Assembly: GCA_965153285.1 (NCBI GenBank)
Contig: OZ229115.1
Origin: Podarcis tiliguerta
Taxonomy: Eukaryota
DNA: 64,000 nucleotides
Direction: 5' to 3' (one strand)
Of the stretch, positions 26,911 to 38,834 are shown one piece after another. Numbering within the stretch: the first letter of the stretch is position 1; each line of letters begins with the position of its first letter. The notes beneath the pieces were generated by a model. That model searched no databases. It had not been told where the DNA came from and worked only from the letters and a program-made list of their open reading frames with translations. A program made the position numbers and the translations under genes.

Positions 26911-27276
26911 TGTTATGTACTGAGTTGAATAGGATCCAAAATGCAGCAGTCTGATTGGTCCTAGAACAATAGGATCCAAAATGCAGCAGTCTGATTGGTC
27001 CTAGAACAGTAGGATTCAGAATGCAGCAGTCTGATTGGTCCTAGAACAATGCAGCAGTATGATTGGTCTGCAGGAGCCACCCAATCCGGCTCCAGATGGA
27101 AGTGAATCTACAACCTGATTCGCCTACAGGAGAATTCCGGAATTAGATAATCACGTGCAGCCCATTGTGTAAATAATGTATATAAAGCAGATACTTTGAG
27201 GGGACTTTCATTCCTCCTCACCACTATGAGCTGAATAAAGAGCATGGAATCCACTCTCGACTCTGAGTATATTTCA
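26911..27276 (+). mobile_element. Solo LTR with 40-bp tandem CCAAT units
   Basis: TGTTA...TTTCA ends; exact 5-bp TSD CCTCC; three 40-bp units plus a partial one, each with GATTGG; TATATAAA at ~27179; AATAAA at ~27234. Confidence 0.92.
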
Positions 27277-28859
27277 CCTCCTCACCTCACACTGCTGATC
27301 CTGCACACAGATATCCTTTGAAACCTGCACTTCTACATGTTTTGCAGTGAGATTCTCCAGAAAAGTAATGTGCACAAAAATGAATGTACTGAGGTAAAGT
27401 ATGCATAGAAGTGCTTATATTAGCAGGGGGGGGGGGAGAGAAAAGCATTATATTAGCGAAATAAATGTTTATATTAGGAGAAATTGGCACTAAAATGGTG
27501 ATGGATTTTCATGGGGTCTTAAAAAATATCACAGATAAAGGGTTTTGCTGTGTTTGTAGAGTTCTAAAATAGCTTTAAGTATTTTGCACATGCTCACAAT
27601 GATGCCTAGGATTTGTTATGTAGGATTTTATATATCATTTGTCTTCACAGTGATGCTTAGGACTAGAAAGCAATGGGTTCCCTAGACCAGAAGGCTTGTC
27701 CTGGCATCCAAACAATTGCCTGAAGCTGCAAGTGGCTTATGACACTTTCACCATCATGTTCTACTTCCATTGTCAGAGGTGGCATGCTTTCTGATGTCAG
27801 TGGCTGGGAATCAAGTGGGGAGAGTGTTGTTGTGCACAGATCACACTTGTGGGCTTGTCAAAGGCATCTGTTTGGCCACAATTTAGTATCATCAGCAAAA
27901 TGGTCAGGTATGATGGGAGCTGCCAGTTCGACAACACCTGGAAGGCCACACATTGGCTCCTGCTGAGCTAGGTGGACCAATGGTGTGACTCAATATAAGT
28001 CTAATCCCCAAGAATCAGTTCCCATTGACCAGTCCAACTCAGATTTACATGCAGAGGCATCTTTCCTTGTGCAAACCATGTTTGTTGGAGAAGGGACAAT
28101 TCATTTTCACTGCTTTGTGGGGAAAGTATCTTCTTCTAAAATTCTTCATGGAGTTCAGTGTTAGAGTTCAGCAACATCAAACAGGCTACACACACAAACA
28201 CACACATTCCCAGAAGCCTGGAACAGCTTATTTAGCTGATGGAATATTTCACAAGACAATTTTTTTTGTAATTGATTTTATTGCACTCTGACAACACCTC
28301 CATATTTCTTGGCAGTATAGAGCAATTAATCTGCCTTTAAGTGGTTAATTGGGTACCATTTGTACAAACTGTATGCACACATCCCATTTTGCAGTGGTGT
28401 TCTTCTTGAAGAAAGCAATTGCTGTGGGCTCTTTTCACTCTTCAAGCTCTATGGGAGGAAAAGAGTCCAACTCTTGACTGCAATAATTGCTTTTAATTTC
28501 TGGTTGTTGCTTTTCATTTAAGTTTTTTGAAAAACTTACTTTTCTTGTCCATGAGTGATCATTCTAAAAATAGCCAGGTGAGGGATTAATTTCTTTTGTC
28601 TGAAAAACAAAACAAAAAACTGAAGACCAAAAAGAATTTGCTGTTGTTTGGGTTATTTTTATGTATTAATTATAGGTCATGATACTTGCCGGCTGCTGAA
28701 ATGTTTGCAATAATAATAATACTACTGTGAGTGCTCAATCAGGCCAATTCATCCATAATCAAGAGTCTTTTGAGGGGCAGATTGTTAGCAATGAGGAAAA
28801 GTATCCTATTCACTGGAGTCACAGGTCAGACTCTGTCATGTCAGTGCTGGATTGCCAGC

Positions 28860-29285
28860 AGCATCTTTGAGTGGGGTGAGGAGGATAAAAATATGGGCAG
28901 ATGAGATGTATCTGCCTGGCTACTTGGTGCAGCACCGTTCCAGATCAGAGGGGCAGGCAGGGGAATTGGTGCAGTCCATAAAAATTCAATCTCCTTCACC
29001 AGAAGACTTCACTGTGCCTGGGTTTCTGGGATTGTTTGTGGTGATGGGCCAGAGAGACAGAATGGGGGGTGTATGATAGTATACTATCCACCCACTTGTT
29101 CTACAACCTCCTTGAGCAAGCTGATGGAAGTAGTCTCAGATGTGGTGCTGGAGAGCTCTTTCATGGTAGTGTTGAGGGATTTCAATATCCAGGCCAAGGC
29201 TGCCTCAAATGGGGCAGCTCAGGACTTCATGGCCTCTGTGGCAACCATGGGGCTGTCTCAGTATGGAACTGGTCCAACGCATGAG
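28860..29285 (+). pseudogene. Decayed L2/CR1-clade ORF2 AP-endonuclease fragment
   Basis: Frameshifted peptides PGYLVQH..RSEG, VYYPP, VLRDFNIQ (GDFNIH-like), QDFMAS..MGLSQ..GPTH, typical of LINE APE domains. Confidence 0.8.
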
Positions 29286-31037
29286 ACATGTCTGGTGCTA
29301 GGTGGAAGAACACCGTAGAGTGGTACAAGACGACACCAAATAAGAGTACAAAGAGGCCTAAAATTCAGATATCTGATGAAAAATTAGAAATAATTTACCA
29401 TAATTTAAATAGAAGTACACTTCATCTCTGCATAGTGGGGAAGACTGTGACCAGGTGATCTATCTATTTAGGTGCTAACTTTTGATGGGCTTCTCCATAG
29501 ACCCTGCTCTCTGTTCTTATGGTTCTTTTGCTTTAACTGGACTTAGACCAGAGAGACATTCAACTAAAGAACACCGTCAAATAGGGAACTATCCTCTGAC
29601 AGTCCTTCAAATAATGGACTGTCCTCTATAAAAATGTCACTGAGATGTTCTCTTTTGCATTTCATTGAAGGGTGGAGGCTACTCTGTTCTGTTCTGTATC
29701 GCTATCCTTGGTTGCCAACCCTTGCCAGTTTGGCAGCCAGTGATAGACAAGATGAACCCTGAGAGACAAAATGGAAATATGAGAAGGAAATACAGGCATT
29801 CTTGCACCACACTGCCCTTGTAGTGGGTAGCTTCCCATATTTGGAGTCAAGAATAATACAAATCTCTATGATCCCTTGGCGCAAATGGTACCTTCACATC
29901 AGGAAAACTCAAAGGTGGTGTCACCAGACTCAGATTGGGACTGTCTTATTCAAAGATGGGAATTTGCATTTTCAGCCTCCACTTCTCAAAAAAAACAGCC
30001 CAAAAAACCAACCCTTTCCTGATCTAGAATAGGAGAAAAAGATTAGTGATTAACAAAATTGCGGCAATAATAAATAATATGACAGCAAACTGAGAGATAA
30101 ACAGAGAAACTGAAAGCAGTGGTGGAAAGAAGCCAGAAAAGTCCAATAAATATTTCTATTTCCTATATGAAAACAAAACATTCCCATTCAATTATTGTAG
30201 TAATCTGCTTTCAGTTCTCATCTGTAGAGCAGAATAAATGAAGTTCATTGAAAAGAGCTGTCACTTTCTTCAGAGCATCTTTGAAGCGGCTTCGTCGTCC
30301 TCCCATATATTATTAGAACCATTCATGTTTAACTGTTTGTATTTTAACAATACTTAAATGCTCACAACCAGAGGTTTGTACAAATGTTAGGCAAATGCCA
30401 AGCCCATTTCATCGAGAACTTGTAGAATTTCAAGAAGCTTAGCAATTGAAGTGTGCGTGCAATATTCCAGGTTTAAAATAAATAAATACAATAAAAATTT
30501 AAAAATAACTTTTATTTATATCCCCCCTACCCGGCTGAAGTCGGGCTCTGGTCTGCTAAGTCGGGCTCTGGTCTGCTAAAGTTAGCAAATCCTTTAAAAA
30601 AAAGGTTTCATTTTAGTTGTAGGAATTTCATCAGGTTCAGTGATCATATTTAATTACTCATCCCTATGGTCCCTGGGGAATTTCAGGTCTCCCTCTCCAA
30701 GGACAGAGAGAGGTCCAACCTTGAAGTGGGAGATATAATCTATGATCCCCCAGCTATGCCACTGCATAAATGTCCACTGCTTTTGCCCTAGTGATGTTGG
30801 AACTCTGGGGTCATTAGGGCTGAAAATGGTGTGTGTACAGGATTATAAAACAACAACAAAACAACAACAACTACTACCCTGCCTATCTGACTGGGTTGCC
30901 CCAGCCATTCTGGGCAGCTTCCAGCATACACAGAAACATAATAAAACATCAAACATTTAAAAAACCCCATGCAAGGCTGCCTTCAAATGTATTCTAAAAG
31001 TTGTATAGTTCTTTATCTCCTTGACATCTGATGGGAA

Positions 31038-31360
31038 TGACGCGCAGTATAAATTAATAACAGAGTTTTTAAAGAATAAAAGCTTTACTGAGTTAAAATA
31101 AACTTCTTCATAAACAACATGGTTCCAAACTGTTTGACTGAGATTACATACTGACTGTTCACAACTGAGGCAGACAGACTCTCATTGAAATCTTACGCAG
31201 AGAGCACAAAGAGAAACTGGCTGCTAAGTCACATGTCAGAGTGACTCAACAGTTAGCAGTTAGGCCTGAACAACTTCAGTAGGCCCAAATGATTGTGCAG
31301 TCCCAGCACTTCCCAGCCTGCTTTTGCTGCTTCTGCTTCATGTGTCTTTGTCACATGACA
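31038..31360 (-). mobile_element. Probable solo LTR nested in L2
   Basis: TG...CA ends (TGTCATG on the minus strand); flanks GGGAA/GGGAG; cleanly splits the L2 sequence gatggga|g...attccacag. Confidence 0.65.
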
Positions 31361-31413
31361 GGGAGAGCATTCCACAGAGTGGGTGCCACTACCGAGAAGG
31401 CCCTCTGTCTGGA

Positions 31414-33661
31414 GCTTCCGAGTCGACGCGCTGGCTAATGGCGGATTTCCTCCGCTGCGGAGGAGACTGCTCCCTGAAAAGAAGGGTCTGACCGCCACGG
31501 CGAGGCGGAGACCCGCTAAAAACCACGGTCGGAGGAAGACCGTGGACTTGGGGTTCGGTAGGTGCCTTCAGTGCCCCCCCTACTCGCGGGGAGACCCCGG
31601 TTTCGGGGCTCCGGAGCGACGTGGGGTGAGTGGCACGGCACATCGGATCAATCGCTGTTTTCAGGGAGTGAAGCCGCACAGCTGTTGCCAGAAAGCGCCG
31701 ACTTTTCCTGTGAACATTTGGACTTGAAAAGACCTCGTAAGTAACAGAATTGGACGATAAATTATTTGAATTTGGCATTTGAACGTGAAGGTATAAACAG
31801 GAAGCTCACCTTCCGTTCTGCATAAAGACTAAAGCAAAGACGCTAGAATCCGGAGCTTGGGAAAGGTGTCTTTTAAAGCGAGGAATTTTACCATCTAAGC
31901 TTGCCGACCCTCCCTCGGAAGCAGGGGAAGAGGGGGAGATCTTTATCTTTTGAGCCCTGCAGGACAGAAAACCTGACCTGGATTATTGCCGTCTCAGAAC
32001 CTGGGACCGGGCTGTCAGCCTGTATAATTTAAAAACAACAATAATGGTGGAATGGACTATATCTTAATGAGAAAGAGGATCAGAGACATATACTTTTTGG
32101 CACCGACTCGCAGGTTTTGAAAGAAAAAAGGAGTGGAAAGGCAGATTTTTACAACTGAAGTGAATGGAAAATCACCAGAGTAAGTTGTTGCCAAAAGTTT
32201 CTAAATGTTGCCTGCTTGGATAATGGGACTGTTACATAGTTACAGCAGATGGAAAATTTTGACCAGATGGTAGACAAGAAGTTCTGAAGTGACCTTGAGA
32301 GGCAGCAGACAATACTGGGAAAACAAGCTGGAAGATATGGCTCAGAGAATAACAGCTCTACTGAATGACATTTTAAATAAAGTGAATATCTTTGAACAGA
32401 GTGTTTCTGATCTGAGGAAGAATGTAATGACTTTGGTACAGAATGGGAACAAACTAATAACTGAGGCTCGAGAAAAGGAACCAAATTCACAAAGTCAAGC
32501 ACTGGAAAAGACGAGGAAGCAATTAAAACCGGCCTTGATTTTGCAAGGGGAAGCCTTAGGAGCAGAGTCCCAAACTGATGGAGACAAATCTGACTTTGAG
32601 GATACTGAGGTTGAAAGACAGAGCAGTGTCCCTCATGGACTGAGTGACGCAAGATGGATGATAAACACTCTGGAGGGGGACACTGCGAGAAAGTCTGAAA
32701 GGATGGACGATTGTTACCCCAAAGAAACTGTGGAGCACGCCTTGGAATACTTACTGGTTTACGAACTGAATTATGAAGTTTGGGCGAGCGTGCTGAAGAA
32801 AATTAAAGAAGACGTTGAGAGAAAAGCTCTTTGGGACTTAACTTTAGGCCAGAGAAGAAACTTGCAGGCAGTACAGGGAGACGATTTGAGGGCCTCGGAC
32901 ATAAGGGAACCGGGTTAGGAAATTAATTTTGACTGATAAGATTGATAAAACTGGTAAAAAAGACTGGCAGTACCTGATACCAGGGAGATGAGACGGTGGG
33001 GAAAATTGGGAAAATAAAAAACAGTATTTAAATAATATGGTATAATTAAGAACAAATGGGAGATGGTGGAATGATTTCATTCGGCTTTTGTGGAAACAAC
33101 ATAAGGAAATGAGGGAATAAGATTTAAAGGTATATGAGTTAAAAGTATAAGTTTTAAGGTTTTTATTGTGGTTGTTTTTTGTATCTTCTTTTTAACTAGG
33201 GAATTGGAGTTTAGTTAAATTTGTTTTTAGGCGCTTACTTGAACTGGGAAGATAATAAGATACAAATGGATTAAGTAAATAAGTGAGTAAGCAGTAAAAG
33301 ACGGAAAGAATTTGCTGATCTGATTAATAACTGGAATGCAGAAGGGGAGAGGGGAGGAGGCCAAGGAAATAAGTTATTTGAAAATAGATGTGGAATGATG
33401 GAGATTTATTCTTTTTTTGTTGTTGTTGTTGTTTTTTGTTTTTTGTTTTTTGATGTTCTTTTTGTATGTTTTGAAGGGAAGGGTGGAGGGAGGGTGTGGG
33501 ATTCTTGTTTGGGTATATTTTGGCTTTGCTTTTTTCCCCCTGCTTTCTCTTCCCCTCCTTTTTTTTTATCTTATTGTATGTATCTCTTTTTTATTATTAT
33601 TTCTAGCTTTTCTCTTTTTTGTACACTTGGAAAATTAATAAATATTATTATAAAAAAAAAA
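31414..33661 (+). mobile_element. Non-autonomous L1-related retroelement (HAL1-like), apparently full length
   Basis: TSD gagaaggccctctgtctgga (31394-31413 / 33662-33681); CpG-rich 5' region; single ORF; T-rich 3'UTR; AATAAA and A-tail; no EN or RT motifs. Confidence 0.85.
32337..32918 (+). CDS. Element-encoded 193-aa protein with an N-terminal coiled-coil-like region (possibly ORF1p-derived)
   Basis: ATG at 32337 lies within track ORF 32289-32918. Heptad-like segment LEDMAQRITALLNDILNKVNIFEQSVSDLRKNVMTL, an acidic linker and a helical C-terminal part. Confidence 0.55.
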   Translation: MAQRITALLNDILNKVNIFEQSVSDLRKNVMTLVQNGNKLITEAREKEPNSQSQALEKTRKQLKPALILQGEALGAESQTDGDKSDFEDTEVERQSSVPHGLSDARWMINTLEGDTARKSERMDDCYPKETVEHALEYLLVYELNYEVWASVLKKIKEDVERKALWDLTLGQRRNLQAVQGDDLRASDIREPG

Positions 33662-33914
33662 GAGAAGGCCCTCTGTCTGGATCTCAGTGTCCGGGCTGAA
33701 CCAGGATGAGCCAGGGGAAACCATAGACCAGATGCACCTATAGACTTGCTAGTCCTCCAACATGCCCTCAAGCAAGTGAGAAAACTACACCCTGGAGCTG
33801 GGGTAGTTCATTTCTTTCTCATTGTTCGAAGTGGGAGGGACATTTTAAGGAATGAAAGGTAACAACAACAACAACAACCACAGAATAGAACACAGTTGTG
33901 CAAAAGTGTTGCAA

Positions 33915-34100
33915 GGAACATAGGAAGCTGCCTTATAGCATGTCAGAACATTTGCCCATCTAGCTCTGTCCTGTCTACACTGACTGGCAGTGGCACTCCA
34001 AGGTTTCTGGCAGGAAGTCTTTTCCAGCTCCATCTGGAGATGTTGGGGATTGAATCTGGGAACTTCTGCTATCAAAACAGATGCTCTACAAACTCTCTCC
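33915..34100 (-). mobile_element. Old tRNA-derived SINE
   Basis: Reverse-complement similarity to 15938-16122 and 52765-52938. Confidence 0.65.
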
Positions 34101-34281
34101 ACCCCCTTTCTAGAAATGCAGCCTTAATAATGCTGATTATTTATTTTATAATGCTGATTGTTCACAACTTTGATTTGTAGCTAGAGGCTTCTATGAATAA
34201 GGCACATATGCATTAGGTAAAGGTAATCAGACTCTGCTATAACTTCTCTAGTTGAACAGAGGCTAATAAAGTTCAAGACTG

Positions 34282-35102
34282 ATGTTGGAAATGTCAAGAG
34301 GTTGAAGGTACATTCTTTCACCTTTGGTGGACATGCCCAAGGATAAAGACATTCTGGGAGATGATTTATAACGAGCTGAAAAAAGTTTTTAAATACACAT
34401 TCTCGAAGAAACCAGAGGCCTTTCTCCTGGGTATGGTTAGCCAACAGGTGCACAAGAAGGATAGGACATTTTTCATGTATGCTACAGCAGCAGCAAGGAT
34501 ACTCATCGCACAGTATTGGAAGACTCAACAGCTACCCACACTGGAAGAATGGCAGATGAAAGTTATTGACTATATGGAATTGGCAGAAATGACCGGCAGA
34601 ATCAGAGACCAGAGTGAAGAGACGGTGAAGGAAGACTGGAGGAAATTTAAGGACTACTTACAGAAACATTATAAGATAACGAACGTTTGATGACATCGGA
34701 TTGAGGGTGAATGGGTATTTGGGAAAAAGTGATCAGAGAAAGATTTAATATTTTGTCAGATTTAAGGAAATGCAACTATTTACTAGACTTTAAGAGTATC
34801 AGAAAATCAAAATATGATAGAGGAAAAGAATTTGCAGACAGAATATTTGATTTGGAATACAGAGAAGGAAGGTCTGGGGAAGTCGGAGAAATAAGTTAAT
34901 GTAAAGAATATAAGGAGACAAAAATTGTTTTTAATATGTTTATTTTCTTCGATGTATTTTGCTGTTTTGTGTTTGTGTGTTGTAGTACCTATTTTTCTGT
35001 TTTTTCCCTTTCTTTTTTTTTCTGTTGCTGTTCTGAGGTTGTTTGTTTATTGTTGTTTTAAGTTTTTGTTGTAAAACTCAATAAAATATTATTAAAAAAA
35101 AA
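34282..35102 (+). mobile_element. 5'-truncated L1 (ORF2 C-terminus, 3'UTR and polyA)
   Basis: Open frame 34283-34690 starts CWKCQEVEGTFFHLWWTC (CCHC knuckle) and includes PTLEEWQMK; AATAAA and A-tail; 17-bp TSD aataaagttcaagactg (34265-34281 / 35103-35119). Confidence 0.93.
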
Positions 35103-36773
35103 AATAAAGTTCAAGACTGTTATTAGACTGTATAAGCTTTCGTACAATGGCTCTGTATGAAGTCGAATGATCTGTCCTTGCATGCTCCACTGAGATATGA
35201 ATGGTCATTGCATCTAAGAACAAAACAGAGATAGTGGCTGATGTATTTTAACCACTTGTGCTCAGAAGGCACGCACAAACCTCCCCAAACTCACCTAACT
35301 ATTTCTCTGCTAAATTCCATCTAGATTCTCAATAGCACAACATTTACAATGCAATCCTACACAAAGTTAGGCATGCCTGCATCCACCCCAGTCAATAGGC
35401 TTACAGGAATTTAACTCTGTATAGGATTAAGCATCTAAGAGTTCTTTCTTTTTGCTGTTTCTATTAATATTATTACCCTACCACACCCTGAAAATAAGTA
35501 TTGCTTTAAGCAGCCAGAAACAGCTCTTAATCTCCTGTAATGAAAATAGATTTAGAGAAATACGTGCAAAAGGCATTGTCAATGCACTGTGATGATGATC
35601 TTAATGGCAACAACAGGAATATGCACCACTGAGTTCAGAAGTGGCACTTCGTACCTGCAAAGTTCTTACCTGAGCATTGCTTTTGGATGGGGCCCTTCCT
35701 GAGAATGGAGGTGAAAATTCCCGCAAGAGCAGCTGCTTCGACACTTCTTGTACTATGTGTACAGCTATAAAGAAAGAGGTTGGACTCATCTCGTCCTTGA
35801 TGTCATAATAAGAGACAAATAATTTGTTTTCTCTGTCATTTTATGGAACTTGGGGACAAGTTCCTTTAAGGGTTTTTTTCTTTTTCTGAAACTTCTCTTC
35901 AGCGAAGGGAGGAAGTTATCCTCTTTTCGAGACACATTTTTTATGAGTTTAATTATAAGCAGGTAATGGAGTCTATGTAAAAATTACCTCTTAACTCTGC
36001 AGTAAAAATACAGTCCCCCAGAGCAAAACAAATCTATAAAATGGAAAGAGATCACCATGGCGAGCCTATGGGGAAAGTGTCTCTGAAAAGAAAGCAAATG
36101 AGATTCACTTACTTAAAAACCCATGTGTCTTCATCCCTTGGCATAGGCTTTAGCTTCTTTCTTGTTTATATCTGTTTCTATTTCGGTTAATATCGGTTCC
36201 ACTGGGCAATTACAACTTTATATTCAAAACTCCCTTGTTAAACATGTGGGGCGGAATTTACTTAACCAGTCTCGTCCACAGAGGCCCTGCTCAAGGATTT
36301 CCACTTGTGCAATGGGGCCTCCCCCTCCCCTCCTCTCCCCACGTACCCCTCCACCCACCAAAACTGACTCAGGGGGTGTCAGGAGAATCCCTAGAACAGT
36401 GCATGGAGGGAGATGCTGGGATATTGTCCCATCTGGCAAGCTGGAATGCTTGCACAAATGAAAGGATTGGAAGAGTATAATGTTGCATTCCATCTGTGAT
36501 TTCTGGGTTGTATAGCTGATCCCCCGTTCTCCATGTTCTCCCTAGAGTAGCCATCTCTCATGTGTAGAGAGAGGATGCACTGCGCACACAAGAGCCTATC
36601 TTCGGTCCTCAGCATCTCCAGGGACAGACTAATCTGTCAACTTCAATTGATACGGGTTTCTCATTTTTCAAATCTTAAATTCAGTTTGCACCATTTCCAT
36701 ATCAGTTTGCAAAGAATCAGCATGAAAATACATACAAATCTTTGTGTGCATTTATATTAGGGGAAAAAGGCTC

Positions 36774-36776
<3 letters not shown>

Positions 36777-36817
<41 letters not shown>

Positions 36818-37684
36818 TAATAATAATAATAATTTATTATTTATACCCCGCCCATCTGGCTGGGCTTCCCCAACCACTCTGGGCGACTTCCAAAAAAATA
36901 TTAAAATACTGTAATACATCAAACATTAAAAGCTTCCCTAAACAGGGCTGCCTTCAAATGTCTTCTAAAAGTCTGGTAGTTGTTGTTCTCTTTGACATCT
37001 GGTGGGAGGGCGTTCCACAGGGAGGGCGCCACTACCGAGAAGGCCCTCTGCCTGGTTCCCTGAAACTTGGCTTCTCGCAGTGAGGGAACTGCCAGAAGGC
37101 CCTCGGTGCTGGACCTCAGTGTCTGGGTAGAATGATGGGGGCGGAGACGCTCCTTCAGATATACTGGACTGAGGCCTTTTAGGGCTTTAAAGGTCAGCAC
37201 CAACACACTGAATTGTGCTCGGAAACGTACTGGGAGCCAATGTAGGTCTTTCAAGACCAGTGTTATATGGTCTCGGCGGCTGCTCCCACTCACCAGTCTA
37301 GCTGCCACATTCTGGATTAGTTGTAGTTTCCGGGTCACCTTCAAAGGTAGCCCCATGTAGAGCGCATTGCAGTAGTCCAAGCGGAAGATAACCAGAGCAT
37401 GCACCACTCTGGCAAGGCAATCTGTAGGCAGATAGGGTCTCAGCTTGCATACCAGATGGAGCTGGTAAACAGCTGCCCTGGACACAGATTTGACCTGTGC
37501 CTCCATGGACAGCTGTGAGTCCAAAATGACTCCCAGGCTGCACACCTTACCCCAGGGGCACAGTTACCCCATTCAGGACCAGGGAATCCTCCACACCCAC
37601 CCGCTTCCTGTCCCCCAAAAACAGTACTTCTGTCTTGTCAGGATTCAACCTCAATCTGTTAGCCGCCATCCATCCTCCAATCGC
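36777..37684 (-). mobile_element. 5'-truncated L2-clade LINE with an (ATT)n tail
   Basis: ORF 36919-37545: SLGVILDSQLSM...RLDYCNAL...LHWLPV...RAFSVVAPSLWNALP...FRRHLK, typical of the L2 ORF2 C-terminus. Inserted into an AT-rich repeat (~36617-37935). Confidence 0.93.
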
Positions 37685-38834
37685 ATTTAAAAGCAATTTA
37701 AAATATATATGCATTTAAAAGCAATTTCCCCTAATATAATGAATTTATGTATGCTATTTTCACTAATACTGTATACATATTTTGTGAAGTTTTTCCTATT
37801 GTATGTTTGTGAACATTTTGGGGGAGTTGAGAACTGCATCGTAAATTTCAGAGAGGTGCATATTTTGAAGGAAGGCATTATTTCAGTTCCCCTTAAAGCT
37901 GAATGAATGTCTTCCCCAACCCTATTGGTCATTGACCAAGCATTCACACAATCAGTAGAAGCAATCTAAGCGTTACCGCTTTGAATCCCAAGGCAAAACA
38001 CATTTAAACAGAAGTAAAAATATTTATTCTAGAAAAGAAAGAAGACATGTAGTCACATCATACTTTTTTAAAAAAATGCATCGGTATAGAAGGTTTTGTC
38101 TTTTTAAAATCTAAATAGGGGTGGGTGAAATCTCCCGTCCTCAACCCAGTAAAAACAGCAAGCTGTTTCCATTATGACTGACGATAACTTTCTCTTAAGT
38201 CAGAATCTACCATTGCTACTTTAAGTGTCTGATTTTAATGCCCTTTATGTAAAAGCAGAAGACTCCTTTCTGGGTTTAATGAAGTAAATTTATAGGTAGT
38301 CAATATGAGTTCTAATTGCATGCGGAGAACGGCAGGATTGATAGCAAGAGAAGGAGTAGGGCAGGCAGTTTGTGCTGGGTGACCATAATTAGTTGTCACT
38401 TGGCTCTCTCTGTAAATCATTTATAAACATATTCCAAATGTTATGGCCTGTCAATAGCACATCTAATGGTTAATGAGATGCCTTTTCACTTTGCAGATTG
38501 AATGTCATAACAGCCCATGTGTTTTTCACGGCCTTTTAGCTCTAGCTTTGTTCCCTGTGCAAAGAAGCCTGTACAACTCCATCAGTCTAGCTCTTTGGGT
38601 AGCTATTTCTTTCTTTCTAGGAACAGAAACAGGGTTTCACCTTAATATATATCTGTTTTTCCTTTCACCATTCCTATGGCATTGATTTTTGGCAAAAACT
38701 TGGGATGATTCCTTGAGAGAAGTGAGACAGGGCCAGCCCCAGGCTTAGGAGGTCCTCAGTATGGTGGGCCCCCTCCTATCTTGCATTTATTTATTTATAA
38801 CAATATTTAGGTAACACATTTCATAAAAAATATA

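Larger units (their letters stand above)
30860..33705 (-). mobile_element. L2-type LINE 3' fragment interrupted by two later insertions
   Basis: L2 sequence at 30860-31037, 31361-31413 and 33662-33705 is colinear with 36840-37135 apart from one internal deletion. Confidence 0.8.

Noticed and set aside
26928-27070. CRISPR-like periodic repeats
   Set aside because: Head-to-tail 40-bp units without unique spacers, inside a eukaryotic LTR
9090-27276. Two homologous LTRs as the ends of one provirus
   Set aside because: They are in opposite orientations, each has its own complete TSD (GCAGT, CCTCC), and there is no gag/pol between them
31383-31778. Overlapping 114-129 aa ORFs
   Set aside because: By-product of the GC-rich 5' leader; no domain features
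33395-33709. Hydrophobic, membrane-protein-like ORFs (also 40486-40828)
   Set aside because: Translations of T-rich UTR and microsatellite tails
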